Positions 8,569-18,349 of a stretch of DNA of 64,000 nucleotides are shown here, one piece after another. The stretch is from Acidimicrobiia bacterium (GTDB taxonomy: Bacteria; Actinomycetota; Acidimicrobiia; IMCC26256; PALSA-555), in contig JBPYDT010000060.1 in the NCBI GenBank assembly GCA_051986275.1, positions 24,838 through 88,837 on the forward strand, written 5' to 3'. The position numbers and the translations under genes were made by a program. The notes beneath the pieces are model-generated. The model searched no databases, had not been told where the DNA came from, and worked only from the letters and a program-made list of their open reading frames with translations. Positions within the stretch are counted from its first letter, which is position 1. Each line of letters starts with the position of its first letter.

Positions 8569-9867
8569 GTGAGCACTGCCGCCGTGAGCAGCCCTGATTT
8601 CGACGCGGTCGACTTCTTCCGGGCCCGACCGCTGTACCAGAACCCGTACCCATACCACGAGTACCTGCGCGCGCACGGTCCTGTCTGGCGTGAGCCCCAC
8701 CACGACATCGTCATGGTGACTGGCTACGACGAAGCGATCGAGGTGTACGGCGATCCGGTGAGGTTCTCGTCCTGCAACACGGTCGCCGGTCCGTTCACGC
8801 CGTTCCCCGAGCCGCTCGAAGGCGACGACATCAGCGAGATCATCGAACGCCACCGCGACGTCCTGCCCTTCAGTGACCAGCTCCCGTCCTTCGACCCCCC
8901 CAAGCACACGGAGCAACGCGGTCTCCTCATGCGCTTGATCACCCCGAAGCGGCTCAATGAGAACGAGGAGTTCATGTGGCGGCTCTCCGACCGTCAGATC
9001 GACGAGTTCCTGGCAACCGGTCAGTGCGAATTCGTGCAGGACTACGCGAGTCCCTTCACGCTGCTCGTCGTCGCTGACCTCCTCGGCGTCCCCGAAGCGG
9101 ACCAGCCGCAGTTCCGAAAGGAGCTCCAAGGAGGACCCGCGGACCGCCAGCTGGGCAGCGACGACGACGGCATGGTGGCGCACAAGCCGCTCGAGTTCCT
9201 CTACGAGCGGTTCACGGCGTACGTCGAGGACCGCCGACGTGAGCCGCGCGCCGACGTGATGACGGCGCTCGCCACCGCAACCTTCTCGGACGGGTCGCTG
9301 CCACCGGTCGACGACGTCATGCGCATCGCCGCGAACCTCTTCGCCGCGGGCCAGGAGACCACCGCCCGGCTCCTGGGTACGGCGTTGCGAATGATCGGCG
9401 AGCAGCCCGAGCTGCAGCAGCTGCTACGGAACCAGCGGGACCTGATCCCGCGGTTCGTCGAGGAGTGCCTACGGCTCGAGAGCCCACTTCAAGGACAGTT
9501 CCGCCTCGCGCGAGTGCCGGCCGCCATCGGCGGCGTCGACATCGCGGCCGGCACCAGTGTGTTCGTGCTCACGGGCGCGGCGAACCGCGACCCACGGCAG
9601 TTCGACCATCCCAACGAGTTCCGTCTCGACCGGCCGAACTGGCGTCAGCACGTCGGTTTCGGGTTCGGTATCCATACCTGCGTGGGCGCACCGCTCGCGA
9701 GAGCCGAGGGTCGCGTCAGCGTCGGCCGCCTGCTCGACCGGATGGTTGACATCCGGGTCTCCGAGTCCATGCACGGGCCCGCCGACGCGCGCCGTTACGA
9801 GTACACGCCGGTCTACCTGATGCGCGGCCTCGAAGCCCTCCACCTCGAGTTCACACCCGCGACCTGA
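8569..9867 (+). CDS. Cytochrome P450
   Basis: GTG 8569 follows the SD aggag. I-helix AGQETT, ExxR, and the heme loop FGFGIHTCVGAPLA are present. Confidence 0.9.
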   Translation: MSTAAVSSPDFDAVDFFRARPLYQNPYPYHEYLRAHGPVWREPHHDIVMVTGYDEAIEVYGDPVRFSSCNTVAGPFTPFPEPLEGDDISEIIERHRDVLPFSDQLPSFDPPKHTEQRGLLMRLITPKRLNENEEFMWRLSDRQIDEFLATGQCEFVQDYASPFTLLVVADLLGVPEADQPQFRKELQGGPADRQLGSDDDGMVAHKPLEFLYERFTAYVEDRRREPRADVMTALATATFSDGSLPPVDDVMRIAANLFAAGQETTARLLGTALRMIGEQPELQQLLRNQRDLIPRFVEECLRLESPLQGQFRLARVPAAIGGVDIAAGTSVFVLTGAANRDPRQFDHPNEFRLDRPNWRQHVGFGFGIHTCVGAPLARAEGRVSVGRLLDRMVDIRVSESMHGPADARRYEYTPVYLMRGLEALHLEFTPAT

Positions 9868-9946
9868 GCGAGAGGTTCGACTTGGTCGTGGCACCACCAA
9901 GCGCCGGCAGGACCTTCCGCGCGTTCGGCGGCTACCGGAGCCTCGA

Positions 9947-11197
9947 GTGCGCGTGGCTCATGGCCGTGGCACGGTCCGCGGGACAGCCGTGACCGCCTCG
10001 GTGCAGGACCGCCGCGCTGGCCGACCTTCGGACCGCGGCCGCGAAGAACGCAACGCGTTCCGCGACGAACTCCGCGCGTGGCTGGAGGAGCATCCACCGC
10101 CCGATCTCGACGCCGCCACGACGCCAGAGGACGCGGAGACCCTGCGGTCGTGGCAGCGGACGCTGCGCGGCGGTCGCTGGGTCGGTGTCAACTGGCCGGT
10201 CGAGTACGGGGGTCGAGGCGCGACGCTCGCAGAGCTCGCCGTCTACAACGCGGAGCTGGCGCGCGCGAACGCGCCGCCTCTCCTCGGGCGCGTTGGGGTC
10301 AGCCTCGTCGGCCCGACGCTTTTGGCCCACGGCACAGCGGTGCAACGTGAACGGTGGATGCCCCGCATCCTCGCCGGTGACGACATCTGGTGTCAGCTTT
10401 TCAGCGAGCCCGACGCAGGCAGCGACCTCGCATCGCTGTCGACGCGCGCCGACAAGCGCGGCGACGCGTACGTCGTGAGCGGCGAGAAGGTGTGGTCCTC
10501 GCACGCGCGGTGGGCGAACTGGGGCATCGCGCTCGTGCGGACCGATGCGACCGCTGCGCCGCACCGGGGAATCTCGATGCTGGCCATCCCGATGACGGCG
10601 CCGGGAATCGACGTGCGGCCGCTGCGCCAGATCACCGGGGACAGCGAGTTCAACGAGGTCTTCCTCGACGGAGTCGAAGTGCCAACGGCGAACCTCGTGG
10701 GTCCCGAGCACGGCGGCTGGGCCGTCGCCAATACCACGCTCGCGAACGAACGGGGTGCGGGCTTCATCTGGAAGGAGCAGGTCCTCTACGAGCTCGCCAT
10801 CAAGCGACTCTGGGGGACGTGTCGCCGGCGAGGCCGCCTGGACGACCCCGTCGTGCGACAGCGGCTGGCGCAAGTCTGGATGGAAGTCGAGCTCTTCCGA
10901 CTCCACAACACACGCACGCTCGCACGGCTCGACCGCGGCGAGTCGATTGGGCCGGAAGCCAGCCTCGTGAAGGTGTGGTGGTCCGACATGAGCCAGCGGC
11001 TGGCGGACACCGCCGTCGACGTGCTCGGGCCCGACGCTCTCCTGATGCCCGAAGACGAGCTCGCGCTCGATGGCGGACGGTGGGCCCACGCCGTGCTCGC
11101 GACGCGAGCCAACTCGATCATGGGTGGCACGAGCGAGATCCAGCGCACGATCATCGGCGAGCGTCTCTTGGGCCTGCCGCGAGAACGATCGCGATGA
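9947..11197 (+). CDS. Acyl-CoA dehydrogenase family protein
   Basis: Contains WVGVNWPVEYGGRGA, WCQLFSEPDAGSDLASL, GEKVWSS and a C-terminal IMGGTSEIQRTIIGERLLGLP. The start is uncertain, with alternative in-frame GTGs at 9989 and 10001. Confidence 0.85.
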   Translation: MRVAHGRGTVRGTAVTASVQDRRAGRPSDRGREERNAFRDELRAWLEEHPPPDLDAATTPEDAETLRSWQRTLRGGRWVGVNWPVEYGGRGATLAELAVYNAELARANAPPLLGRVGVSLVGPTLLAHGTAVQRERWMPRILAGDDIWCQLFSEPDAGSDLASLSTRADKRGDAYVVSGEKVWSSHARWANWGIALVRTDATAAPHRGISMLAIPMTAPGIDVRPLRQITGDSEFNEVFLDGVEVPTANLVGPEHGGWAVANTTLANERGAGFIWKEQVLYELAIKRLWGTCRRRGRLDDPVVRQRLAQVWMEVELFRLHNTRTLARLDRGESIGPEASLVKVWWSDMSQRLADTAVDVLGPDALLMPEDELALDGGRWAHAVLATRANSIMGGTSEIQRTIIGERLLGLPRERSR

Positions 11198-12420
11198 CCG
11201 TCCAGGTCGACCCGAACGACCTCGTCGACGCGGCGCGGTTCGCCCGACGCGGCTACCCCCACGACGTGTGGACCCATCTGCGGGCCCACGAGCCCGTCGC
11301 GTACTTCGCGCCGGACGGCTACGAGCCGTTCTGGGCGATCACCAAGCACGCCGACGTGCTCGAGCTGGCACGCCAGCCCGCCCTGTTCTCGAGCGCGCAG
11401 GGGATCTCGCTGCGCCGCGCCGGCGAGGTCGTCCCGCCAGTCGACCTGCTCGTCATGCTCGACCCGCCGCGTCACGGGCCCATGCGTCGAGTCGCCAACG
11501 CTCGCTTCACACCACGCGGCGTTCGGGCACTCGACGGCGATCTCGAGCGGATGGTGCTGGAGATCCTCGACGCGGCGGCGCCCGCGGGCGACAGCGGCGA
11601 GTTCGACTTCGTCGAGCGGCTCGCGGCACCGTTCCCGCTGGCCGTCGTGGCGTGGATCCTCGGAGTGCCGTCCGACGACTGGCAGCTGTTGTTTCGCTGG
11701 ACCAACGAAATCATCGGCAAGGACGACCCGGAGTACCGGCGCGCCGGCGCGACCCCCGGCGAGACGATCAAGCGTGCGCGGGGCGAGGTGCACGGCTACT
11801 TCCAGGAGCTCATCGACGAGCGCCGCCACGACCCGGGCGACGATCTGATCAGTGAGCTGCTCCGTGCCGACATCGACGGTGCGCCACTGACACCGCTGCA
11901 GCTTCTGCTCTACTGCGAGCTGCTGGTCGAAGCCGGCAACGAGACCACGCGGAACGCGATCAGCGGCGGGCTGCTCGCGTTCTGCGACCACCGGAGCGAA
12001 TGGGAGAGGCTCCGGGAAGAGCCGGAGCTGTTGCCGGACGCCGCGGAGGAGATCCTGCGGTGGGTCAGCCCCATCAGCCACTTCACCCGTACGGCGAACG
12101 GTGACTACGAGCTACGGGGACGGACGATCCAGGTGGGCGACCAGGTCGCGCTCTACTTCGCCTCAGCGAACCGGGACGAGGACGTGTTCGATAACCCGTT
12201 CGGGTTCCGCATCGATCGACGTCCCAACCCTCATCTCGCGTTCGGGTTCGGCGAGCACTTCTGCATGGGAGCCCACCTGGCGCGCCTCGAGCTCGTCACG
12301 ATCTTCGGTCACCTGCTCCGGCGCCTGCGCTCATTCGAGGTGTCGGGCCAGGTCGAGCGGCTCAGCTCAATCATCAACGGCAGCATCAAGCGCCTTCCGC
12401 TGCGCTACGACACGACCTAA
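11194..12420 (+). CDS. Cytochrome P450
   Basis: ATG 11194 overlaps the ACAD stop (ATGA). I-helix AGNETT and the heme loop FGFGEHFCMGAHLA are present. Confidence 0.9.
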   Translation: MTVQVDPNDLVDAARFARRGYPHDVWTHLRAHEPVAYFAPDGYEPFWAITKHADVLELARQPALFSSAQGISLRRAGEVVPPVDLLVMLDPPRHGPMRRVANARFTPRGVRALDGDLERMVLEILDAAAPAGDSGEFDFVERLAAPFPLAVVAWILGVPSDDWQLLFRWTNEIIGKDDPEYRRAGATPGETIKRARGEVHGYFQELIDERRHDPGDDLISELLRADIDGAPLTPLQLLLYCELLVEAGNETTRNAISGGLLAFCDHRSEWERLREEPELLPDAAEEILRWVSPISHFTRTANGDYELRGRTIQVGDQVALYFASANRDEDVFDNPFGFRIDRRPNPHLAFGFGEHFCMGAHLARLELVTIFGHLLRRLRSFEVSGQVERLSSIINGSIKRLPLRYDTT

Positions 12421-12444
12421 CTGCCCCGGCGACGATTTGCCGGG

Positions 12445-13197
12445 CTACTCGTTCGCCCGCTTGCGCGGCACCACGGTCACCGTCGGCATCGACAGGCTCG
12501 TCCCCGCGTGGAGCACGTCGTCCACCGCCCCGACCAGCTCGTCGACCTCGATTAACGCGCCGGCGATGTAGCCGCGCTCGAGCCACGTCATCCCGTACTG
12601 CGCCGCGAGATCGGGATCCCACTCGGCCGAGAACTCCGTGCGCGAGTCGCCTTCGCCGCCGCCGCAGTCGCCGACGACGAGCCGGGTGAAGCGAACATCG
12701 GGATGCTCGGCCCGCCACGCCTCAACGAGCTTGTCGAGCGCCGCCTTGCTCACGACGTAGGCGCCGAGGCCGGGCCACGGTGGTGTCAGGGACGCGCTCA
12801 CCGACGAGAGATAAAGCACCACCCCCTCGGTGTCCTGAAGGTGGGGGATCGCGGCCGCGGTGATGCGCGCCGCTCCCGTCACGTTCGTATCGAACACTCG
12901 TCGCCATGTCGCGGTGTCGACGTCGACCAGTGGCGCGAGTGGGCCGATCGCGGGCGCGTACACGACCGCGTCGATGCCGCCCAGGAGGCGCGCTGCGTCC
13001 TCGATGGCCGCGCGGCACGCATCCTCGTCGGTCACGTCGCAGACGATCGGCACCGCCCGGGCGCCGGCCTCGAGGGCGGCGGCCTCGAGACGAGCCTTGC
13101 GCCGGGCCATCATCGCCACGTGCGCCCCGCGCTCGGCGAGGCCGATCGCGAGACAGCGTCCAAGCCCGCTCGACGCACCGACGACGACCGCTCGCAA
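12445..13197 (-). CDS. SDR family oxidoreductase
   Basis: 250 aa. TTG start after the SD gaggagga. VVGASSGLG Rossmann motif and YVVSKAA catalytic motif. Confidence 0.85.
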   Translation of the reverse strand: MRAVVVGASSGLGRCLAIGLAERGAHVAMMARRKARLEAAALEAGARAVPIVCDVTDEDACRAAIEDAARLLGGIDAVVYAPAIGPLAPLVDVDTATWRRVFDTNVTGAARITAAAIPHLQDTEGVVLYLSSVSASLTPPWPGLGAYVVSKAALDKLVEAWRAEHPDVRFTRLVVGDCGGGEGDSRTEFSAEWDPDLAAQYGMTWLERGYIAGALIEVDELVGAVDDVLHAGTSLSMPTVTVVPRKRANE

Positions 13198-13216
13198 CCC
13201 CTGTCCTCCTCTCGAG

Positions 13217-13232
13217 TGACACGAACGTTAGA
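13217..13232 (-). promoter_or_regulatory. Copy C of the CTAAC-N4-GTGTCAC motif (reads CTAACGTTCGTGTCAC on the minus strand)
   Basis: Lies about 5 nt upstream of the SD of the SDR gene 12445-13197 and matches copy B at 14/16 positions. Confidence 0.4.
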
Positions 13233-13576
13233 CGGAGAGGCCGCTGAATACGTTGGTGCGTCCACGGGCGACACGACAACGAAGTGGAGATGTGGGCACC
13301 CCGGCACGGGACCACGGCGCCGACGAGGGTCGGCTCGAACCGGTGGCGGCGGCGTGGTTGGAGGCGAACCCGACGGTCGGCGCGCGCATCGCGGAGCTGC
13401 CCCCTGATCTGCTGGCGCTCGCGCGCGGACCGCACGGACGATGGGTTCGGGGCTGCTCGCCTCGCCGGGCCAGGACCGGCAGCAGCCCAGGGACCACGAC
13501 ACTTCGGTGGGCGCTTGCGCCCAGCGCGTATTCACAGCATCCTCCTGGCACCAAATCCGGCGCTGGGAGGGAGCCG

Positions 13577-14317
13577 ATGGGCCTGTTGGACGGCAAGGTC
13601 GCCGTGATCACCGGTGCCGGTTCGGGCATGGCGAAGGCTTCAGCGAAGGTCTTCGTGCGCGAGGGCGCGAGGGTCGTGGCGGCGGACATCAGCGGCGCGG
13701 AGCAAGACACGGCGTCGGAGATCGGTGCGGCGGTCGTTCCCGTCCACTGTGACGTGGCGGTGGAAGCGGACGTCGAGGCGACGATGCAGACCGCTCTCGA
13801 CTCGTTCGGACAGCTCGATGCCGTCCTCAACGTCGCTGGGATCGCCGAGGGCGTGATGCTGACCGACGTCACCATGGAGCACTACGAGCGCACGATGAAC
13901 GTCGATCTGCGGGGCGTGCTCCTCGGGACCAAGCACGGCATTCGGACCATGTTGGCGGCCAACCGTGGCGGCGCGATCGTCAACTGGTCGTCCATCGGCG
14001 GGATGAACTCGTCGATTGCGACCAGCGTCTACGGGGCGGCGAAGGCTGGCGTGATCTCCCTGACCAAATCGGCAGCGCTCGAGTGTGCCGCCGCAGGCAT
14101 TCGCGTCAACTGCGTGTGTCCGGGCTACATCAAGACCGAGATCATGGGTGCCACCCTCGACCAGTTCCCGGGAGCCGCTGCCGGCACGCCGATGAAGCGG
14201 CTCGGTCTGCCCCACGAGATCGCAGAAGTCGCCGCCTTCCTCGTGTCGGACCGCGCCTCGTTCGTCACGGGCGCGGTGATTCCCGTCGACGGCGGACGCA
14301 GCGCGGCCATCGCATGA
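13577..14317 (+). CDS. SDR family oxidoreductase
   Basis: ATG 13577 follows gggagggag. MGLLDGKVAVITGAGSGMAKA, and YGAAKAG as the catalytic YxxxK. Confidence 0.9.
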   Translation: MGLLDGKVAVITGAGSGMAKASAKVFVREGARVVAADISGAEQDTASEIGAAVVPVHCDVAVEADVEATMQTALDSFGQLDAVLNVAGIAEGVMLTDVTMEHYERTMNVDLRGVLLGTKHGIRTMLAANRGGAIVNWSSIGGMNSSIATSVYGAAKAGVISLTKSAALECAAAGIRVNCVCPGYIKTEIMGATLDQFPGAAAGTPMKRLGLPHEIAEVAAFLVSDRASFVTGAVIPVDGGRSAAIA

Positions 14318-16635
14318 GCGCCGGCCGCTACGTCGGCACACGCGTCGCGCGGGTAGAGGACGAGCGCCTCCTGACAGGTCATAACACCTTCGTCGACGAC
14401 ATCAGCCTTGACGGCATGCTGCACGGCTACTTCGTCCGCAGCCCGTTCGCTCACGCGCGGGTCAGCGCGATCGACACTTCGGCCGCACTCGGTTCAGCGG
14501 GGGTCCGCTTCGTGTTCACCGCGGCCGACCTGAACCCGGACGTCAAAGAGCAGTGGCACACCTCGCTCGGGCCCGACAGTCCCGAGACGCCTCGGCCGCC
14601 TTTGGCCGACGGTGTCGCCCGCTTCGTCGGCGACCCGGTCGCGCTCGTGGTCGCCGACAGTCGGGCGCTCGCCATCGACGCGGCCGAGCTCGTCGACATC
14701 GAGTACGAGCCCTTGGCCGCGGTGGTCGACTACACCGCCGCGGAGCAGTCGGACGTGCTCGTGCACGCAAGCCACGGATCGAACGTGGTCGGTGAGACTG
14801 CAGGGCGTCCTGCCGCCGCGCTCGACGACGTGTTCTGCTCGGCGGCCCACGTCGTGGACGAGACCATCTATCAGCACGCGCACGTTCCGGCGCCCATGGA
14901 GCCACGCGGCCTGATCGTCGACTGGGACGCGGACACGACTGCGCTCACCATCTACGCGGCGACGCAATCACCCCACGAGGTCCGCCAGTTCAGCGCGCGC
15001 CTGCTCGGGCTACTGGAGGACCAGGTGCGTGTCGTGACGCGCGATACCGGCGGCGGCTTCGGCCAGAAGGTCATGGTGCAACGCGACGAGATGTGCATCA
15101 TGCTCGCCGCACGGAGGGTCGGCGCGCCGTTGAAATGGGTGGAGGAACGTCGCGAGAACCTCCTGTCGGCGGGCAAGTCGCGCCAGGAGCACGGAAGGGC
15201 TCGCCTGGCCTTCAGCGAGGACGGCCGTATCGAGGGCGCCTATCTCGACTTCGTCCAGGACTGTGGGGCCTATCCGACGCCGTGGCCGGTGTTCACCGCC
15301 GCCGCCGTCGGCATGCTCTTCCCCGGCCCCTACCGGGTGCCCCACGCTGGGTTCACCGCCAGGTCGATCTACTCGAACACCGTGGGGCGCGCTGCGTACC
15401 GCGGACCGTGGCAGTTCGAGACGCTCGCACGCGAGGTCACGCTCGACATCGCCGCGCGCCGCATGGGGTTGGATCCGGCGGAGCTCCGCCGACGCAACCT
15501 GTTGGGCCACGACGACCTCCCCTACGAGAGCGCGAACGGCATGACCTACGACGCGATCTCGCCCCGCGAGACGTTCGAGCAGGCGCTGGCCATCCTCGAC
15601 TACGACCGCTTTCGCGCGGAGCAGGTCGCGGCCCGTCACACGGGCCGGTACCTCGGCGTCGGGATGTCCAACTACGTCGAGCCCTCGACCCCCGGGTTCG
15701 GGAGCTACGCGGCCGAGACGGCCACGATCCGGGTCGAGCCCGCCGGCACGGTGACCGTGTTCGTCACCGGTGGGTCGACCGGCAACAGCATCGAGACAAC
15801 CGTGGTGCAGCTCACCGCGGAGGCGTTCGGCGTGCGCATCGAGGACGTCCGCACGATCCAAGGCGACACGGCGCTGGTCGGCTTCGGTGCGGGCACGGCC
15901 GGGAGCCGCAGCGCGTCGATGACCGCGGGAGCCGTTCGGGAGGGCGCTGGGATCCTGCTCGAGCGCATCCGGGCCATCACGGCGCACCAGCTGGAGGCGG
16001 CAGCCGAAGACATCGAGGTTGCCGAGAGCCGTGCCTTCGTCCGAGGCACGCCGTCGATCGGGCTGTCGCTGGGGGCCGTCGCCGAGCTCGCGTACCGCCA
16101 CCCGGACGCGCTCCCCGAGGGCGTCCCGGGCGGGCTGGAGGCCACGGCGCAGTACCAAGCGGCGGTTCCGTCGATCTGGGTGAACGCCACCCACGTCTGC
16201 ACCTGCGAGGTGGACGTCGAGACCGGTGAGGTCACGATGCTGCGCTACATCGTCAGCGAGGACTGCGGCCCGATGATCAACCCCGACGTGGTCGAAGGTC
16301 AGATCGCCGGCGGGGTCGTGCAGGGCGTGGGTGGCGTGCTGTTGGAGCATCTGGCGTACGACGCGGACGGCAACCCGCTCGCGACGAGCTTCGCCGACTA
16401 CTTGATCCCGAGCGCCGCTGAGGTCCCCTCGATCGAGTACGGACACATCGAGACCCCGAGTCCCGGTCCGGGGGGCTACAAGGGCGTCGGCGAGGGTGGC
16501 GCGATCGGCGCACCGCCGGCGGTGGTCAACGCCGTCGCCGACGCACTCTCTCCGTTCGGCGTGAGCCTGACCCGACTCCCGGTCAGCCCATCGCGCGTCA
16601 TGGCCCTGCTCCACCAGCGCAGTGAGCCGACGTGA
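14314..16635 (+). CDS. Xanthine dehydrogenase/CoxL-family molybdopterin-binding large subunit (not a form I CO dehydrogenase)
   Basis: ATG 14314 overlaps the SDR stop (ATGA). The N-terminus VGTRVARVEDERLLTG is typical. The active-site loop reads AAYRGPW rather than VAYRCSFR. Confidence 0.85.
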   Translation: MSAGRYVGTRVARVEDERLLTGHNTFVDDISLDGMLHGYFVRSPFAHARVSAIDTSAALGSAGVRFVFTAADLNPDVKEQWHTSLGPDSPETPRPPLADGVARFVGDPVALVVADSRALAIDAAELVDIEYEPLAAVVDYTAAEQSDVLVHASHGSNVVGETAGRPAAALDDVFCSAAHVVDETIYQHAHVPAPMEPRGLIVDWDADTTALTIYAATQSPHEVRQFSARLLGLLEDQVRVVTRDTGGGFGQKVMVQRDEMCIMLAARRVGAPLKWVEERRENLLSAGKSRQEHGRARLAFSEDGRIEGAYLDFVQDCGAYPTPWPVFTAAAVGMLFPGPYRVPHAGFTARSIYSNTVGRAAYRGPWQFETLAREVTLDIAARRMGLDPAELRRRNLLGHDDLPYESANGMTYDAISPRETFEQALAILDYDRFRAEQVAARHTGRYLGVGMSNYVEPSTPGFGSYAAETATIRVEPAGTVTVFVTGGSTGNSIETTVVQLTAEAFGVRIEDVRTIQGDTALVGFGAGTAGSRSASMTAGAVREGAGILLERIRAITAHQLEAAAEDIEVAESRAFVRGTPSIGLSLGAVAELAYRHPDALPEGVPGGLEATAQYQAAVPSIWVNATHVCTCEVDVETGEVTMLRYIVSEDCGPMINPDVVEGQIAGGVVQGVGGVLLEHLAYDADGNPLATSFADYLIPSAAEVPSIEYGHIETPSPGPGGYKGVGEGGAIGAPPAVVNAVADALSPFGVSLTRLPVSPSRVMALLHQRSEPT

Positions 16636-16654
16636 CGACGAGGCGAGCAACCAG

Positions 16655-17317
16655 ATGACGACGACGCGGGCACCTCAGGGTCGACGCGCCTACGACAACA
16701 CGCTGCGTCGTCAGCGTGCGACGGAGACTCGCGACCGCATCATCGCGGCGGGCGCCGAGCTCGTCCACGGCTCCTCCATCCGAGACTGGCACGGCGTGAC
16801 CATGCGCGCCGTCGCCGACCGTGCCGGGGTCAACGAGCGGACCGTCTACCGGCACTTCGCCAACGAACGCGCGCTGCGGGACGCCGTGATGCATCACATG
16901 GAGCAGCGGGCCGGCGTCGACCTGAGCCGGATGAACCTCGATGACATCGCCGACGTCACGGCCCGCATCTTCGAGACCCTGTCGTTACGGCGCCTCGAGC
17001 CACGGGCGCCGCTCGACCCCACGCTCGCCGAGGCGAAAGAGCGGCAGCATGAAGCCCTCAAGTCCGCGGTCGCCGCACAGACACCACGGTGGACCGTCGC
17101 CGAGCGCACGCTGGCCGCGGCGACGTTCGACCTGCTCTGGTCCGTCGCGTCGTACGAGCGGCTGGTGCTCGACTGGAACCTCACCCACGACGAGGCGACA
17201 CGTGCGATCACCTGGGTGATGAACCTTGTCGAGGACGCCGTACACAGCGGACGGCGTCCACCCCGAGCAGAGCGATCGAGCGCCCTGGCCCAAGGCACCA
17301 GCGGCCGGCGCGGCTAG
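16655..17317 (+). CDS. TetR family transcriptional regulator
   Basis: HTH: RIIAAGAELVHGSSIRDWHGVTMRAVADRAGVNERTVYRHFANERAL. Confidence 0.85.
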   Translation: MTTTRAPQGRRAYDNTLRRQRATETRDRIIAAGAELVHGSSIRDWHGVTMRAVADRAGVNERTVYRHFANERALRDAVMHHMEQRAGVDLSRMNLDDIADVTARIFETLSLRRLEPRAPLDPTLAEAKERQHEALKSAVAAQTPRWTVAERTLAAATFDLLWSVASYERLVLDWNLTHDEATRAITWVMNLVEDAVHSGRRPPRAERSSALAQGTSGRRG

Positions 17318-17354
17318 GAGGTGGTGCCGAAGTGCGAGCACCAGACGATCGGTC

Positions 17355-18176
17355 ATGACGGTCGGAGTCGTCACCGGTGCCGGCCGGGGGATGGGCCTGG
17401 CGTGCGCCTGGCGTCTGACGGCGGCGGTCGATCATCTGGTGCTCGTCGACGTCGACGCCGCCGGACTCACGGCGGCGTCGCGTGAGCTGACGCCCGCCGG
17501 GCGCGCGGACGTCGAGCCGTTTCCGCTCGACGTCACGGACCGTGACGGCCTGGACCGGCTCGTCCGCCGCGTCACCGAGCTCGGCCCGCTGCGCGCGGTG
17601 GCCCACGCCGCAGGCATCTCCCCGACCATGGCCGAGTGGCGACGGATCTTCAGCGTCGATCTGGTCGGGACAGCCCTGCTGGCCGAGGCGCTCCGGCCGC
17701 TCGTGGTCGCGGGGACGGCCATGGTGTGCTTCGCGTCGATGGCACCGATCCTTGGACTCCAGGCTCCGGTACCGGCGGCCGACGCCGCGTTGGACGACCC
17801 GCTGGACGCGCACCTTCACGATCGCCTCCGCGCCGCGCTCGGTTCGGCCATCGAAGACTCTGGGATGGCCTACGCGTGGGCCAAGCGCGGGGTCCAGCGG
17901 TTCGTCCAGCACGAAGCCGTGCGTGTCGGCCCGGTCGGCGGTCGGGTGTGCTCGGTCTCACCCGGGATCATCGACACGCCACAAGGGCAACAGGAGTACG
18001 ACGCCCAGCCATTCATGGAGACGCTTCGGCAGCAGACGCCGCTGGGGCGCACCGGGCGCGCCGACGAGGTCGCGGGTGTCGTCGCGTTCCTGCTCTCCGA
18101 CGAGGCGAGCTTCCTGACCGGGGTTGACGTGCTCGTCGACGGCGGCGTGTGCGCCGCCATGCTCGGACCCCGGTAG
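17355..18176 (+). CDS. SDR family oxidoreductase
   Basis: MTVGVVTGAGRGMGLA Rossmann motif, YAWAKRG, and PGIIDTP. Confidence 0.85.
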   Translation: MTVGVVTGAGRGMGLACAWRLTAAVDHLVLVDVDAAGLTAASRELTPAGRADVEPFPLDVTDRDGLDRLVRRVTELGPLRAVAHAAGISPTMAEWRRIFSVDLVGTALLAEALRPLVVAGTAMVCFASMAPILGLQAPVPAADAALDDPLDAHLHDRLRAALGSAIEDSGMAYAWAKRGVQRFVQHEAVRVGPVGGRVCSVSPGIIDTPQGQQEYDAQPFMETLRQQTPLGRTGRADEVAGVVAFLLSDEASFLTGVDVLVDGGVCAAMLGPR

Positions 18177-18349
18177 CCGCTCGACCGGCCGGTCGGCGTG
18201 GGCGAGCCGCTGATCACTGACCAAGGTCAGTTGCGTGGCCCCCAGGGTTGGCGGGCGGAGCCCCTTCCTCCCCCGGTGATCGGCTGCTCGCGACGAGGGC
18301 TGCGGGCCAACCAGGCGGGTCGCAGGGAGGCCTGGCGGTCAGCGTCCAG

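Noticed and set aside
12423-12445. Short GC stem (CCCGGC...GCCGGG) between the P450 and the convergent SDR, as a possible terminator.
   Set aside because: The stem is only ~6 bp and imperfect, with no U tract. It is too weak to call.
18216-18231. Palindrome ACTGACC-AA-GGTCAGT between convergent genes.
   Set aside because: The 2-nt loop is too tight for an RNA hairpin terminator. It is a single copy with no associated regulator, so it is likely chance.
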